Below are positions 29,993 to 41,331 of a stretch of DNA of 64,000 bases, piece by piece. Position 1 is the first letter of the stretch; every line of letters begins with the position of its first letter. The stretch lies in contig CAYGKW010000003.1 of the NCBI GenBank assembly GCA_964350815.1, positions 26,500-90,499 of the forward strand, given 5' to 3'. Both the position numbers and the translations under genes were made by a program. The DNA comes from an uncultured Rhizobiaceae bacterium (GTDB taxonomy: Bacteria > Pseudomonadota > Alphaproteobacteria > UBA7879 > VGCX01). The notes under the pieces were generated by a model. The model ran no database searches. It had not been told where the DNA came from and saw nothing but the letters and a program-made list of their open reading frames with translations.

Positions 29993-30505
29993 CAGTTTAC
30001 CCCGTACACATTGACTGCCTCTGACTTCTGGATTGTCCAACCTATCGCGCTGGGGATCCACAGGAGTTCTCTCCTACTTTTTCGCCCCTTTTCCCGTTAA
30101 ATTCCCCCAAAATATGGACATATTGACGTACCTATACATAATGGGCGTACTAGGGTATTTTATTTGGCTCCCAGTTTTTTAAAAACTGCCTAAAAAATAA
30201 GCAAAAAATTAAAGAAAATTCAAAAAAGCATATAAAAAAATGAAGCGTAACGCATGGCTCAGGTAATAAAAAAAGGGAAAAACATCCTAAAAAGACTAAA
30301 AAAATAACATTAAATAATTGAAAAATATGCATAAATTTCATTATGCAAAAAACGCATATGATTTCCCGTTAATTTATGGATACAATCTTATTCTTACATA
30401 AACCTTCTGCGCATAAAAGTGCGCCTTGCAACAATCCAATAAGATATTTTCTGGACTTATTCCCATCTTATTGTTTAAAATAGATTTTATTAAAGGGAGC
30501 AATAA

Positions 30506-31312
30506 ATGTCACAAAGACTTAGACCAACCAATGTGACCAGGGAATCCTGGGATTTTATGACAGACCATCTGTCTTCTTTAATTAAAATTATTGCCATTCC
30601 CCTTATTATATCAATTGCCCTAGAGGGGTTTATCGAAATTTATTATGCGGGCGCCCCTTCCCCGTATATGAAGGCTGGGGTTGATGCCTTTTACACAGTG
30701 ATTGAGGCAATGTGGGGGGTACGTTGGCTCCGTTATCTTTTAGAACCACCACGTCAAAATCAATACTTTATGGCCCCTTTCCGGTTTGGAAAACACGAAG
30801 TTAAATATGCTTTGTATGGAATTGCCGTATTACTTCCCATTATATTAGATGATTTTACAGGAAGTCTGGCCCTACCCACCATTGCCAAAACGGGTTTATA
30901 TTTCACTATCTTTTTATTCACCCTGGTCCTTTTCAGGTTTGAATTCATCTTCCCCGCCATTGCCATTAGTCATGCCACAAGTTTTTCTGTTTCATGGCAA
31001 AAGTCAAAAGCTTATTGGGGATCTATGATTATAAGTTTCTTACAATCCTTAATCATAATGATTCCTGTTATAACCCTTTTATCTTTTATTGGATTTGTCT
31101 TATTTGTTGTTGTGTGGGCCTTCGGCTTTACAGACATATCAGGCTGGACAGCACAGGATGGATTTGGGCCTTTGTTCTTGAAAAACCCTGTTATTCTTGG
31201 GGTTTATTTATTCATAAAAGAAAGTGCATTCTTCACAATTCAAGCCTTATTTTTGACAATTGTAGGTCTTTATTACAGGCATGCTTCTGTAAAATTGGTG
31301 TCAAAAAAATAA
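30506..31312 (+). CDS. hypothetical polytopic membrane protein
   Basis: 268 aa with about 6 hydrophobic segments; AGGGAG RBS; no recognisable domain. Confidence 0.5.
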   Translation: MSQRLRPTNVTRESWDFMTDHLSSLIKIIAIPLIISIALEGFIEIYYAGAPSPYMKAGVDAFYTVIEAMWGVRWLRYLLEPPRQNQYFMAPFRFGKHEVKYALYGIAVLLPIILDDFTGSLALPTIAKTGLYFTIFLFTLVLFRFEFIFPAIAISHATSFSVSWQKSKAYWGSMIISFLQSLIIMIPVITLLSFIGFVLFVVVWAFGFTDISGWTAQDGFGPLFLKNPVILGVYLFIKESAFFTIQALFLTIVGLYYRHASVKLVSKK

Positions 31313-31564
31313 TAGGGAATTTATAAGATTTTAACGCCTTAAAATTTTCTAATTGAAATGCATCACAACATGTCTTATATTGATGTTAAGTAATGTTTTT
31401 GGGGATTGGCTCATTTTTTGATTAATACATAATTCTACTTCTACGACTTTCTTGACGATACAGTTCCAGAATTTTCGAATATCTAAGTATTATTTTCTGT
31501 ATTTCCTAACAAACAAGCATCCACATTCATTATGAATATTAACGATAGCATTAAGGAGAATAAT

Positions 31565-31771
31565 ATGGCTACCGGAACTGTAAAATGGTTTAACCCAACT
31601 AAAGGCTTTGGATTCATCACACCAGATGGTGGAGACAAAGACGTATTCGTACACATTAGCGCGGTTGAAAAGGCTGGTTTAACTGGTCTTCAAGAAAACC
31701 AAAAAGTTAGCTATGAAGTAGCAACTCAAAAAGGACGTCAATCAGCTGCAAATCTTGAACTAGTTGATTAA
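31565..31771 (+). CDS. cold-shock protein (CspA family)
   Basis: 69 aa from the internal ATG with AAGGAG RBS; [18 protein letters not shown]1 and VFVHIS RNP2 motifs; long AT-rich 5' leader typical of csp genes. Confidence 0.9.
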   Translation: MATGTVKWFNPTKGFGFITPDGGDKDVFVHISAVEKAGLTGLQENQKVSYEVATQKGRQSAANLELVD

Positions 31772-31794
31772 TTATCAAGTCTTTTATTGATAGA

Positions 31795-31828
31795 AAACCT
31801 TGCCAAAAATACTTGGCAAGGTTTTTTA
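31795..31828 (+). terminator. rho-independent terminator after csp (aaccttgccaa-aaatac-ttggcaaggtt + TTTTTT)
   Basis: 10-11 bp perfect stem with T-tract. Confidence 0.75.
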
Positions 31829-31882
31829 TTAATTTTACTATTGACCTTCGTGTTTATCCTAACTATATTGACGACATGGTGC

Positions 31883-31958
31883 GGGCACTTAGCTCAGTCG
31901 GTAGAGCATCTGACTTTTAATCAGAGGGTCACAGGTTCGAATCCTGTAGTGCCCACCA
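31883..31958 (+). tRNA. tRNA-Lys (anticodon TTT)
   Basis: 76 nt cloverleaf: acceptor GGGCACT/AGTGCCC, D-arm AGCTCAGTCGGTAGAGC, anticodon loop CTTTTAA, T-arm CAGGTTCGAATCCTG, 3' ACCA. Confidence 0.9.
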
Positions 31959-32067
31959 CCTTATCAAGTTTTTTCCCCAAATAAACTGACTTTTACCTTG
32001 TGATTTTACCCTACCTCGTCTATAGTAATTTCATCTTATTTTAATCAATAATTAAGGACCTTGAAAT

Positions 32068-32547
32068 ATGGCTGGCAGCGTAAATAAAGTTATTCTTGTT
32101 GGAAATCTTGGACGTGATCCTGAAGTACGTCATTCCCAAGATGGATCAAAAATTGTAACCTTTTCCATGGCAACATCTGAAAACTGGCGGGACAAAGCAA
32201 CAGGCGAACGTCGTGATCGCACTGAATGGCACCGTGTTGTTGTTTTTAATGACAAGCTTGCGGAAGTTATCGAAAGATACGTAACCAAAGGATCCAAATT
32301 ATATATTGAAGGCCAGCTTCAAACCAGAAAATGGACTGATAATACGGGCCAAGAAAAATATACAACTGAAGTTGTTTTGCCAAAATACCGTGGGGAATTA
32401 ACCATGCTTGATGCCAAAGGCGGGTCAGGCAGCAATGATTTTGGATCATTAAATCAAGATTCTGGATCCAGCAATATGGATCAATCAACACCTGAATCCG
32501 TAAGTTCAGGAAAATATGATGATCTAGATGATGACATTCCATTCTAA
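32068..32547 (+). CDS. ssb: single-stranded DNA-binding protein
   Basis: 159 aa; OB fold ([17 protein letters not shown]), Gly/Ser-rich linker, acidic tail DDDIPF. Confidence 0.95.
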   Translation: MAGSVNKVILVGNLGRDPEVRHSQDGSKIVTFSMATSENWRDKATGERRDRTEWHRVVVFNDKLAEVIERYVTKGSKLYIEGQLQTRKWTDNTGQEKYTTEVVLPKYRGELTMLDAKGGSGSNDFGSLNQDSGSSNMDQSTPESVSSGKYDDLDDDIPF

Positions 32548-32577
32548 AAAAACCTAACTTAAGCACAGAGGTATTAC

Positions 32578-35337
32578 GTGAGCGATAATATAAAAGACGT
32601 TTTGAATACAAGTTCTTCGATTGAACCAGTGATTCTTGAAGATGAAATGAAAAAGTCCTATTTGGACTATGCGATGAGTGTTATCGTATCCCGTGCGTTA
32701 CCAGATGTACGCGACGGTTTAAAACCAGTTCACAGACGTATCCTTTTTTCAATGAAAGAAGGGGGTCTTGATTATAACAAGCCCTACAGAAAATCAGCCC
32801 GTGTGGTTGGGGATGTTATGGGTAAGTATCACCCGCATGGTGATGGTTCCATTTATAATGCGATGGTCCGTATGGCCCAAGATTTTTCTATGCGTGTCCC
32901 TTTGGTGGATGGGCAAGGAAACTATGGTTCCATGGATGGTGACGAAGCAGCCGCCATGCGTTATACCGAGGCACGTCTTTCCCAACCTGCGCATTTCATG
33001 TTGTATGATATTGACAAAGATACTGTTGATTTCCAAGCAAACTATGATGAAAGTTCAAAAGAACCTACTGTCCTACCTGCCCGTTTTCCAAACCTGCTTG
33101 TAAATGGTGCTGGTGGTATTGCTGTTGGTATGGCCACAAACATCCCCCCTCACAACTTGGGTGAAGTCATTGATGCTTGTTGTGCTTATATCGAAAATCA
33201 TGACATTACAGTTGAAGAACTTATGCAAATCGTTCCTGGACCTGACTTTCCAACAGGGGGAACCATTTTAGGACGCCGTGGTATTTTAGACGCTTACACA
33301 ACAGGGCGTGGGTCCATCACAATGCGCAGTAAAACGCATGTTGAAGAAATTCGTAAAGACCGCGAAGCCATCATCATTACAGAAATTCCATACCAAGTTA
33401 ACAAATCCCGTATGGTTGAACGCATTGCTGAAACGGTTAATGCAAAAATTGTTGAAGGTATTTCAGATTTACGCGATGAATCAGACCGTAATGGTGTACG
33501 TGTTGTAATTGAAATTAAAAAAGATTCTGATGCCTCAGTTGTTTTAAATCAACTGTACAAACACACGCCTGTGCAAACAAGTTTTGGGATCAATACACTT
33601 GCATTAAATGCGGGTAAACCTGAAACAATGTCTTTACGTGATATTGTTTCCCACTTCATTCGTTTCCGTAAAGAAGTTATTTCCCGTCGCACCCGTTTTG
33701 AATTACGCAAAGCACGTGATAAAGCACACGTTTTGTTGGGACTTGCCATTGCTGTTGCCAATATAGATGAAATCATTGCCATTGTTCGTGCAGCAAAAGA
33801 TCCTGCAACTGCGCGGGAACAATTAATGGCAAAAGACTGGCCGTCAAAAGACATAAAGCCTTTAATTCGCTTGGTCGAAACCTTGCCTGATAGTCAGCCC
33901 GATCCAGAAACTTATAAGTTAACCGAAGTTCAAGCCAAAGCCATTTTGGATTTACGCTTACACAAATTAACAGGCCTGGAACGCAGTAAAATTTCAGATG
34001 AATTACATGAAATCATCGAACAAATCAAAGAATATTTATCAATTCTAAGCAATCGTGACCATTTATTGCGCGTTTTAAAAGAAGAACTTGTCGAAGTTAA
34101 AGATAAATTTGCAACCCCACGCCGATCAGATTTTTCAGATGAAGACATTACAACAGCAACAGAAGACCTTATCCAACAAGAAGATATGGTTGTGACTGTA
34201 AGCCACAATGGATACATCAAACGTGTTCCCCTTTCAACGTATCGCGCACAACGTCGCGGTGGAAAAGGCCGTTCTGGAATGGGTACCCGTGATGAAGATT
34301 TTGTTGAACGCGTATTTGTTGCCCACACGCACACGCCTATTCTTTTCTTCTCTGATCATGGTTTATGCTATGCTTTGAAGGTTTATATGTTACCGATTGG
34401 ATCTGCAACATCACTTGGAAAAGCAATGGTTAATATTTTACCTCTTTCCAAAGATGAAAAAATATCAACCCTTATGGCCATGCCTGAAGATGAAACCCAA
34501 TGGGAAAACTTGCACATTATGTTTGCAACAAGCAAGGGGACTGTACGCCGCAATAAGTTATCTGACTTCATGAATATTCGTGCCAATGGTAAAATTGCTA
34601 TGAAGTTGGAAAGTGGGGAATCTCTTGTAAATGTGGCTGCATGTGATGAAGATTCAGATGTCTTTTTAGCAACCCATCAAGGAAAATGTATTCGCTTCCC
34701 TGTTACAAATATTCGTGTATTTGCAAGCAGAAATTCAATGGGTGTTCGGGGCATTAAGCTTTCGAACAAAGACCGTATTATTTCCATGTCTATTCTACAG
34801 GGCAGTAAATTCACTATTGAAGAACGGGATGAATATTTGAAAAAATCCCGTGCTTTAAGATCTGAAGATTCTGATGTTCCGACAGTTAACTTAACTGAAG
34901 AACGTTTTGATGAAATGCAAGCAAATGAACAGTTCTTGCTGACCATTACAGAAAAAGGATTTGGTAAACGTTCTTCCACTTATGAATACCGTCTATCATC
35001 ACGTGGTGGTATGGGTATTGCCAACATGGAAATCACGGATAAAACGGGTCTTATGGTCTCTTCCGTAATTGTCGAAGATACAGACGATATTATGTTGGTA
35101 ACCAATGGGGGAAAACTAATTCGCAGCCCAATTAATCAAGTTCGTATTGCTGGACGCAAGACACAAGGTGTTCGCCTGTTCCGTATTGATGATAAAGAAA
35201 AAGTTGTGTCTGCAGATTGTATTCGTGAAGATGAAGATGCTGTGGAAGGTGAATTAAACGAAGACCAAGTGGATACTTCTGAAAATAATCCCGAAACTGA
35301 ATCTTCTTCAAAAGCAGATGAAGTTACGGAAGAATAG
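32578..35337 (+). CDS. gyrA: DNA gyrase subunit A
   Basis: 919 aa, GTG start with AGAGG RBS; catalytic-Tyr region [13 protein letters not shown]-like [17 protein letters not shown], GyrA C-terminal beta-pinwheel repeats and acidic tail. Confidence 0.95.
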   Translation: MSDNIKDVLNTSSSIEPVILEDEMKKSYLDYAMSVIVSRALPDVRDGLKPVHRRILFSMKEGGLDYNKPYRKSARVVGDVMGKYHPHGDGSIYNAMVRMAQDFSMRVPLVDGQGNYGSMDGDEAAAMRYTEARLSQPAHFMLYDIDKDTVDFQANYDESSKEPTVLPARFPNLLVNGAGGIAVGMATNIPPHNLGEVIDACCAYIENHDITVEELMQIVPGPDFPTGGTILGRRGILDAYTTGRGSITMRSKTHVEEIRKDREAIIITEIPYQVNKSRMVERIAETVNAKIVEGISDLRDESDRNGVRVVIEIKKDSDASVVLNQLYKHTPVQTSFGINTLALNAGKPETMSLRDIVSHFIRFRKEVISRRTRFELRKARDKAHVLLGLAIAVANIDEIIAIVRAAKDPATAREQLMAKDWPSKDIKPLIRLVETLPDSQPDPETYKLTEVQAKAILDLRLHKLTGLERSKISDELHEIIEQIKEYLSILSNRDHLLRVLKEELVEVKDKFATPRRSDFSDEDITTATEDLIQQEDMVVTVSHNGYIKRVPLSTYRAQRRGGKGRSGMGTRDEDFVERVFVAHTHTPILFFSDHGLCYALKVYMLPIGSATSLGKAMVNILPLSKDEKISTLMAMPEDETQWENLHIMFATSKGTVRRNKLSDFMNIRANGKIAMKLESGESLVNVAACDEDSDVFLATHQGKCIRFPVTNIRVFASRNSMGVRGIKLSNKDRIISMSILQGSKFTIEERDEYLKKSRALRSEDSDVPTVNLTEERFDEMQANEQFLLTITEKGFGKRSSTYEYRLSSRGGMGIANMEITDKTGLMVSSVIVEDTDDIMLVTNGGKLIRSPINQVRIAGRKTQGVRLFRIDDKEKVVSADCIREDEDAVEGELNEDQVDTSENNPETESSSKADEVTEE

Positions 35338-35582
35338 GTCGATAGCCTTATTTATTAAGGCTGTCTGACTTCCAACTAAATATACGGATAAAGTTAAAAC
35401 CTAAATTCAGATAACCTAGAAGCCCTAGATCTATCGGTCTGCAGCATTTTTTGCAATAATTAGTAGCTAAAACCAGCCTGGGGCTAAGGTTTTATTTTCA
35501 AGTCCAAAAAGCTTTTTAACCGGCTTATTTACATGTACTAACACCCACAGGGAACTTCCTGATTTCAAAGTTTTTTTCTTTT

Positions 35583-37511
35583 TTATTTATATTTACGATG
35601 CCATGCAATAAACATTAAAACTGGCCACAATGAATAATGCCAATTTTTATTATGCTTGCTATGCTGAATCCATTTCTCACGAATTGGATTTGCGTTCAAA
35701 ACACCCGTGTCATTAAGTGATTTTTCACTTAAAAGATCTTCAGCCCAATCTTTTAAATCCGTACGCAGCCAAGTATCAATGGGTACACCAAAACCCATTT
35801 TTGGGCGTTCCATAATTTCTTTTGGCACATATTGGTGTAATAATTCACGCAATATCCATTTACTTTTTCCATTGCGAACCTTCATATTATGGGGTAATTG
35901 CCAGGCATATTCCACAACTCGATGGTCTAAAATAGGAACTCTGGCCTCTAGACTGACAGCCATACTTGCCCTATCAACTTTGGTCAAGATATCATCTGGT
36001 AAATAAGTTAGACTATCCAACAGCTGCATATGGCTTGTAAAATTATCCCCTTTAAGACCTAAATTCCAAATACCTAAGTCTTTTTCTTTTCCATTCTTAA
36101 CCAACGTATCTGGGTGCATCCATTGGCTGACAAGCGATTTGTAAAAATCAACTTCTGAATTCATGCGCAATACTTCGGACAGCTTTTTAATTTTCGATGA
36201 AATATTGTTTGGTCTTTTGCTTCCTGGAATTAAGTATGACAACTTTTCCCAAACACTTGATGGCATTTGATCCAAAGAATAAGCCAACGGTTTATGCATA
36301 AAAGACGGCAAATTTTGAAGTTTATTCCATATGTCTATGCCTGTTGTATATCGATTATATCCTGCAAAAAACTCATCCCCACCATCACCCGACAAACTAA
36401 CAGTCACATGTTGGCGTGCCAGCTTAGAAACTAAATAGGTTGGTATTTGGGATGAATCTGCAAAAGGTTCATCATAATATTCAGGCAAATCTGGAATAAC
36501 ATCTTGTGCATCTTTTGTATTTACATAAAATTCATGGTGATCCGTTTTAAGATGATCCGCCACTTTTTTTGCATGTTGTGCTTCGTTATAATCGGCCTCA
36601 TTAAACCCGATTGAAAAAGTTTTTATGGGGCGTTTGCTTTGCGCTTGCATCAAAGCCACCACCAAGGAACTGTCATAACCACCGGATAAAAAAGCGCCCA
36701 ACGGAACATCTGCCAACATGCGTTTTTTAACAGCATCCTTTAAAATATCTTCCAATTGCGCAATGGCTTCTTCATCAGAAACAGCTAAAGGACTGGATTG
36801 CCCTTTTTCATACACATCCTGCATAGACCAGTATTCTTCTTCTTGAATATCATCTTGTCCTTTAATGGTAATTAAAGTCCCTGGCTTTTGCTTTTGTATG
36901 CTTTTGAAAATAGAATGTGGGGCGGGCACATAACTAAACCTAAAATAAGAAGTCAGTGAATCTTGGTCTAAAGAGGGGCTCCATTCTGGATGGGCCCTGA
37001 AACTTTTCAAGGAAGATCCAAAAAACAAAGTATTCTTTTGAATTCCCCAGTACAAAGGTTTTATGCCAAGCCTATCACGGCACAATATTAATGATTTATT
37101 TTTGCGATCCCATAAAGAAAAGGCCCACATTCCAATAAATTTCTGTACCGACTTTTTAACACCCCAAGTTTCAAAAGCGGCCAGCATTACCTCTGTGTCT
37201 GACCCCCCTTTGAAAGAACAACCTTTACTTTCCAATTCTTTACGAAGTTCAGGGGCATTATAAACCTCCCCATTATAAACCATACAATAACGCCCTGACC
37301 CAGACTGCATAGGCTGGTGACCTAAAGGGGATAAATCTTGAATAGATAAACGTCTGTGACCCAAAGCAATGCCATAAGTTTCATCAGACCAAACCCCCGA
37401 ATCATCAGGACCTCGATACTTTATTTCAAGAGCCATTTTTTCAGCAATTTTTTCAAGATGGGAATTCTTGTATTTTTTCTTAAAATCAATAAAACCTGTT
37501 AAACCACACAT
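35583..37511 (-). CDS. asnB: asparagine synthetase (glutamine-hydrolysing) family amidotransferase
   Basis: 642 aa; N-terminal MCGLTGF Ntn-Cys, SGGYDSS PP-loop; located with glycosyltransferases, as for WbpS-like sugar amidotransferases. Confidence 0.85.
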   Translation of the reverse strand: MCGLTGFIDFKKKYKNSHLEKIAEKMALEIKYRGPDDSGVWSDETYGIALGHRRLSIQDLSPLGHQPMQSGSGRYCMVYNGEVYNAPELRKELESKGCSFKGGSDTEVMLAAFETWGVKKSVQKFIGMWAFSLWDRKNKSLILCRDRLGIKPLYWGIQKNTLFFGSSLKSFRAHPEWSPSLDQDSLTSYFRFSYVPAPHSIFKSIQKQKPGTLITIKGQDDIQEEEYWSMQDVYEKGQSSPLAVSDEEAIAQLEDILKDAVKKRMLADVPLGAFLSGGYDSSLVVALMQAQSKRPIKTFSIGFNEADYNEAQHAKKVADHLKTDHHEFYVNTKDAQDVIPDLPEYYDEPFADSSQIPTYLVSKLARQHVTVSLSGDGGDEFFAGYNRYTTGIDIWNKLQNLPSFMHKPLAYSLDQMPSSVWEKLSYLIPGSKRPNNISSKIKKLSEVLRMNSEVDFYKSLVSQWMHPDTLVKNGKEKDLGIWNLGLKGDNFTSHMQLLDSLTYLPDDILTKVDRASMAVSLEARVPILDHRVVEYAWQLPHNMKVRNGKSKWILRELLHQYVPKEIMERPKMGFGVPIDTWLRTDLKDWAEDLLSEKSLNDTGVLNANPIREKWIQHSKHNKNWHYSLWPVLMFIAWHRKYK

Positions 37512-37519
37512 CTATTTTC

Positions 37520-38674
37520 TCAAAACTCTTTATAAACTACATCATATTTAGATACACAGCTTGTGATACTAAATTCTTTTTCAACTTTTTCACGCCCTAG
37601 TTTACCCATAGTTACGGTATTTTTATCATTAAGCACTTTTAGTAATGCTTCAGATAACTTTTTAGGATTTTTACTGGGCACCAAAAATCCTGTTTTTCCA
37701 TCATCAACTAACTCTACTATACCTCCAACTGCTGTCGCAATGACAGGTATGCTTGACGCCATATATTCCATCACTGCATTTGGCATTCCTTCTTCATGGG
37801 AACATAAAATACCTAAATTGCTTTCAGATAAAATTTGGGGTATATCTGCGCGCAAACCTAAGAATCTTATATGGGCACCTAAGTTTAAATCTTGGGCTTT
37901 TTGTTCCAGTTGATTTTGAACACCTCTATCGCGACCTATCAATAACAACATCCATTTTTTAGATATTTTATCTTTAATTAATGATAATGCTTCCAACAAA
38001 TCCATATGCCCTTTATAGGCAATAAGATTGGCTGTCATGGTCATAATAAAAGTATTGGAATCTATGCCCAAAGTTTTATGTATATTTTTATTTTCCACAT
38101 TATTAAATGTATCTAAATCAATTCCATTTTGAATCAGTCTTATTTGATTTTCCTGGATTCCTTCATCTAATAAATTTTTCTTAACTGCGTTGCTGTTCGC
38201 CAAAAATAGATCTGCTGATTTATGTGTTTTTCTTTCTAACCTTCCAAAAAATGGAACAGATTTTTGATAGTGATTCAGGGATCTGCGACTCATAATCTTT
38301 GGCCCCTTATGACCTGAAAGCTTTGCAGCCATCATCCCCAGAACATAGGCTTGTGACAGAAAAAAATGGGCGATACAATTTTTATCTTGGGCCAGAACCT
38401 GACGTAACTTGCACATAGAAGCTATAACTTCTAGAAATTTACTAAGTTTACCAGGTAAAAATGTAATCTTTTTTGGAGAAATCACATCAATGCCTACATC
38501 TTTAAAGGCCGACATCATCGCACTATCTGAACGTAATGTATGAATAACTGGCAACCAACCAAGCTTTTTTAATCTAGGCAAAACCTGAAGCAAGTGACGC
38601 TCCGTTCCCCCAAAATCTAAGCTTGTGATAATAATTCTGATTGTTTTATTCATACTTTTTTGTAAGTTTTTCAA
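37520..38674 (-). CDS. glycosyltransferase family 4 (GT-B, RfaB-like)
   Basis: 384 aa; EGMPNAVMEYMASSIPVIATAVGG E-X7-E GT4 signature. Confidence 0.8.
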   Translation of the reverse strand: MKNLQKSMNKTIRIIITSLDFGGTERHLLQVLPRLKKLGWLPVIHTLRSDSAMMSAFKDVGIDVISPKKITFLPGKLSKFLEVIASMCKLRQVLAQDKNCIAHFFLSQAYVLGMMAAKLSGHKGPKIMSRRSLNHYQKSVPFFGRLERKTHKSADLFLANSNAVKKNLLDEGIQENQIRLIQNGIDLDTFNNVENKNIHKTLGIDSNTFIMTMTANLIAYKGHMDLLEALSLIKDKISKKWMLLLIGRDRGVQNQLEQKAQDLNLGAHIRFLGLRADIPQILSESNLGILCSHEEGMPNAVMEYMASSIPVIATAVGGIVELVDDGKTGFLVPSKNPKKLSEALLKVLNDKNTVTMGKLGREKVEKEFSITSCVSKYDVVYKEF

Positions 38675-39752
38675 ATACGTTTTGCCACAAATTAAGTATT
38701 TTTCTCAATTCATATTGTTCCATATCTTTTTTCGCCGAGTTCCCCAGTTTTTTCTGTAATGCAGAATCATCAGCCAATTTTTCCATAGCCTTTGCCAAAC
38801 TTAATGAATCTTTGATTGGAACTAGGATACCATTTTTTCCGTTATTAATTAAATCCGAAGGGCCAAAATCGCAATCTGCAGAAATAACGGGCATACCTAT
38901 AGCCATGGCCTCCATTAACGAATTTGGCATGCCTTCATAAATAGAAGAAAAAACAAAAATTTTTGATTGCGCAATTTCTTTCTGGGGTTCTTTAACAGCA
39001 TCTTTTAAAAAAATACGTCCTTCCATACCAAGGGTTTGTATTTGTTTTTCAAGCTTTTTACTGTCTTCATTATTCCCCTTACCAATAATTTTTAAAGTCC
39101 AGTCAGGGTGTTTTTTTGATACTTTTGAAAAGGCATCAATTAAATATGTGTATCCCTTTTGAATACTTATGCGGCCCAAAGCAACAAATTCTTTTTTACC
39201 CCCCGTCCAATTGATATTATTTTCTAACACTATGGGGTTTGGAATTATGCTGGTATTTTTTTGAATCTGTGTGGAAAAACATTCTTTAATACCCTTATTT
39301 TGAACCACTAAAGAACTTGCTTTACAATAAGCCCAATTTCGAAGAAACTTTTTAACTTTTCCTATTGGTGTGGTTTTAGGATTTATCCTTTCTGAAACAA
39401 CCACGGGGACATCAAGCCCCAGGGTCGCAAAGACTGCCATAATATTATTTGTATCCAGAAACGATATAACAATATCAGGATTAAATTTTTTTATTTGATC
39501 ACGCAAACCAAAAAATCTTTTTATTAAAATCATTGGTTTTGCATATTTGCAGGAGGTTAAAGTATCTAACTGAACGACATTAATATTTGTGTTTAGTTTA
39601 TAGTAAGGTTTTGAATTTGAAGGTTCATACGTCACAAAACAAACATTGTGACCTTCTGCAACCCAACCATTTGCTAAAGTTGACATGACGCGCTCTGCCC
39701 CTCCCCCTTGAAGGGCTGGAATAGATAATAATATTTTTTTTGACTTTGGCAT
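38646..39752 (-). CDS. glycosyltransferase family 4 (GT-B)
   Basis: EGMPNSLMEAMAIGMPVISADC GT4 signature; start set to internal MPKSKK because the longer ORF (to 39839) runs into tRNA-Ser; overlaps the downstream GT4 by 29 bp. Confidence 0.8.
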   Translation of the reverse strand: MPKSKKILLSIPALQGGGAERVMSTLANGWVAEGHNVCFVTYEPSNSKPYYKLNTNINVVQLDTLTSCKYAKPMILIKRFFGLRDQIKKFNPDIVISFLDTNNIMAVFATLGLDVPVVVSERINPKTTPIGKVKKFLRNWAYCKASSLVVQNKGIKECFSTQIQKNTSIIPNPIVLENNINWTGGKKEFVALGRISIQKGYTYLIDAFSKVSKKHPDWTLKIIGKGNNEDSKKLEKQIQTLGMEGRIFLKDAVKEPQKEIAQSKIFVFSSIYEGMPNSLMEAMAIGMPVISADCDFGPSDLINNGKNGILVPIKDSLSLAKAMEKLADDSALQKKLGNSAKKDMEQYELRKILNLWQNVFEKLTKKYE

Positions 39753-39764
39753 ATCATGAACCTT

Positions 39765-39853
39765 TGGCGGAGGGAGTGGGATTCGAACCCACGGTACGCA
39801 TAACGCACAACGGTTTTCGAGACCGCCCCATTCGACCACTCTGGCATCCCTCC
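39765..39853 (-). tRNA. tRNA-Ser (anticodon CGA), long variable arm, encoded CCA
   Basis: Reverse complement gives GGAGGGATGCCAGAGTGGTCGAATGGGGCGGTCTCGAAAACCG...GGGTTCGAATCCCACTCCCTCCGCCA; anticodon loop CTCGAAA. Confidence 0.85.
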
Positions 39854-39970
39854 GTAAACTTAATCAGACAATACAATATTTGCCTATTTTGTACAAGCAT
39901 CTACTCTGTATCTTGTGCTTATAAACCCAAGTATATATAGTCTAGTTCAATATTAAAGGAATCTATATTT

Positions 39971-41008
39971 ATGTCTTTTTCAAAAGACTTATTAAATTGG
40001 TACGATCAAAACCACCGGCATTTACCCTGGAGAGCCAATCCCGGGGAAAAACCCAATCCATACCATGTTTGGATAAGCGAGATTATGCTACAGCAGACAA
40101 CTGTTCCTACGGTTATTGATTATTTTAATCGATTTATTCATAAATGGCCTTCAATTACAAAACTTGCAACCGCCTCTTTAGATGATATTTTACATAGCTG
40201 GCAAGGTCTTGGTTATTATTCACGCGCCCGCAATCTGCATAAATGTGCACAGACTATTACACTTAATCATGATGGACTTCTTCCCCAAACTGAAAAAGAA
40301 CTTCTTGCCTTACCTGGGATTGGCCCTTATACAGCAGCAGCCATTTTAAGCATTGCTTTTGACACCCCAACACCTGTTATTGACGGGAATATTGAACGCA
40401 TTCTTTCCAGGCTGTTCATTATTGACATACCTATATCAAAGTCAAAAAACCTTTTAAAAAGTAAAGCAAGTCTATTAACACCTGTGAATCGGTCAGGGGA
40501 TTTTGCACAAGCAATGATGGATTTAGGATCAGAAACTTGCACCCCAAAAAAACCAAATTGTGCAAACTGTCCTATTCAAAATTACTGTAAAGCATATGAC
40601 CAAAATATAATGGAACAGTACCCAATAAAAATCAAAGCCAAACCCAAGCCAGAAAAGCATGGCTATGTGTACTTAATATTTAACAACAAACAACAAGTAT
40701 TCCTTGAAAAACGTCCTTCTAAAGGATTGCTTGCGGGTATGTTTGGATTTCCAACATCTGAATGGACGGTTGAAAAACCCAATAAAAAAGATTTAGAAAA
40801 CACTAAATGGCAAGATTTATGTGTAACGCAGAAAACAATTAAGCATACGTTTACGCATTTCCATTTATTCTTAACAATCGTAACTGGCACATCAAATGAA
40901 TCGGGTGATATGTGGAAAAAAGAAATAAATCTAAAGGATTATGCAATTCCTACATTAATGAAAAAGGTCTGGAAAAATTATAAAAATGTGGAGCAAGCTG
41001 GACTATGA
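39971..41008 (+). CDS. mutY: A/G-specific adenine DNA glycosylase
   Basis: 345 aa; LLNWYDQNHRHLPWR, HhH-GPD region LPGIGPYTAAAI, 4Fe-4S cluster CTPKKPNCANCPIQNYC, C-terminal NUDIX-like domain. Confidence 0.9.
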   Translation: MSFSKDLLNWYDQNHRHLPWRANPGEKPNPYHVWISEIMLQQTTVPTVIDYFNRFIHKWPSITKLATASLDDILHSWQGLGYYSRARNLHKCAQTITLNHDGLLPQTEKELLALPGIGPYTAAAILSIAFDTPTPVIDGNIERILSRLFIIDIPISKSKNLLKSKASLLTPVNRSGDFAQAMMDLGSETCTPKKPNCANCPIQNYCKAYDQNIMEQYPIKIKAKPKPEKHGYVYLIFNNKQQVFLEKRPSKGLLAGMFGFPTSEWTVEKPNKKDLENTKWQDLCVTQKTIKHTFTHFHLFLTIVTGTSNESGDMWKKEINLKDYAIPTLMKKVWKNYKNVEQAGL

Positions 41009-41186
41009 CTTGCTCCACTGTACTTCTCTTTTCTCTTACAAACACCATTCTGCCAAATTTATTTATTAGAAACTTTTGCAAATTTCGCATGATATTATTT
41101 TGTTCTATTTATTTTTATGCATAATTTAATGAAACAAACTTGCCCCCAAACCATAAATACCCTATATTGCAGCATATAGATTTAAT

Positions 41187-41263
41187 CGGAGCGTAGCGCA
41201 GTCTGGTAGCGCACTACACTGGGGGTGTAGGGGTCGCAGGTTCAAATCCTGCCGTTCCGACCA
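41187..41263 (+). tRNA. tRNA-Pro (anticodon GGG)
   Basis: 77 nt: acceptor CGGAGCG/CGTTCCG (one G-U), D-arm GCGCAGTCTGGTAGCGC, anticodon stem CTACA/TGTAG with loop CTGGGGG, T-arm GCAGGTTCAAATCCTGC, ACCA. Confidence 0.85.
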
Positions 41264-41331
41264 TTCTATAACACACTAAGCATATCGATAAAAATGTGGA
41301 TACTCCCCAGATCTTATGATAATTTAATCGC

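Noticed and set aside
29811-30100. Two overlapping small ORFs (67 and 90 aa) across the palindromic repeat island
   Set aside because: Their sequences (VIASTKTVRGDP, IIASSRRMRSDP, VIPDLIRNPG) are translations of the tandem palindromic units; no RBS and repeat-derived, so not counted as genes
30150-30341. 63-aa minus-strand ORF in the A/T-rich spacer upstream of 30506
   Set aside because: Poly-Phe/Leu product from a homopolymeric T-rich strand, with no RBS; an artefact of base composition
39753-39839. N-terminal 29-aa extension of the GT4 ORF (MVEWGGLENRCALCVPWVRIPLPPPKVHD)
   Set aside because: The extension is the reverse-complement translation of tRNA-Ser; the real start is the internal MPKSKK with an upstream AAAGG
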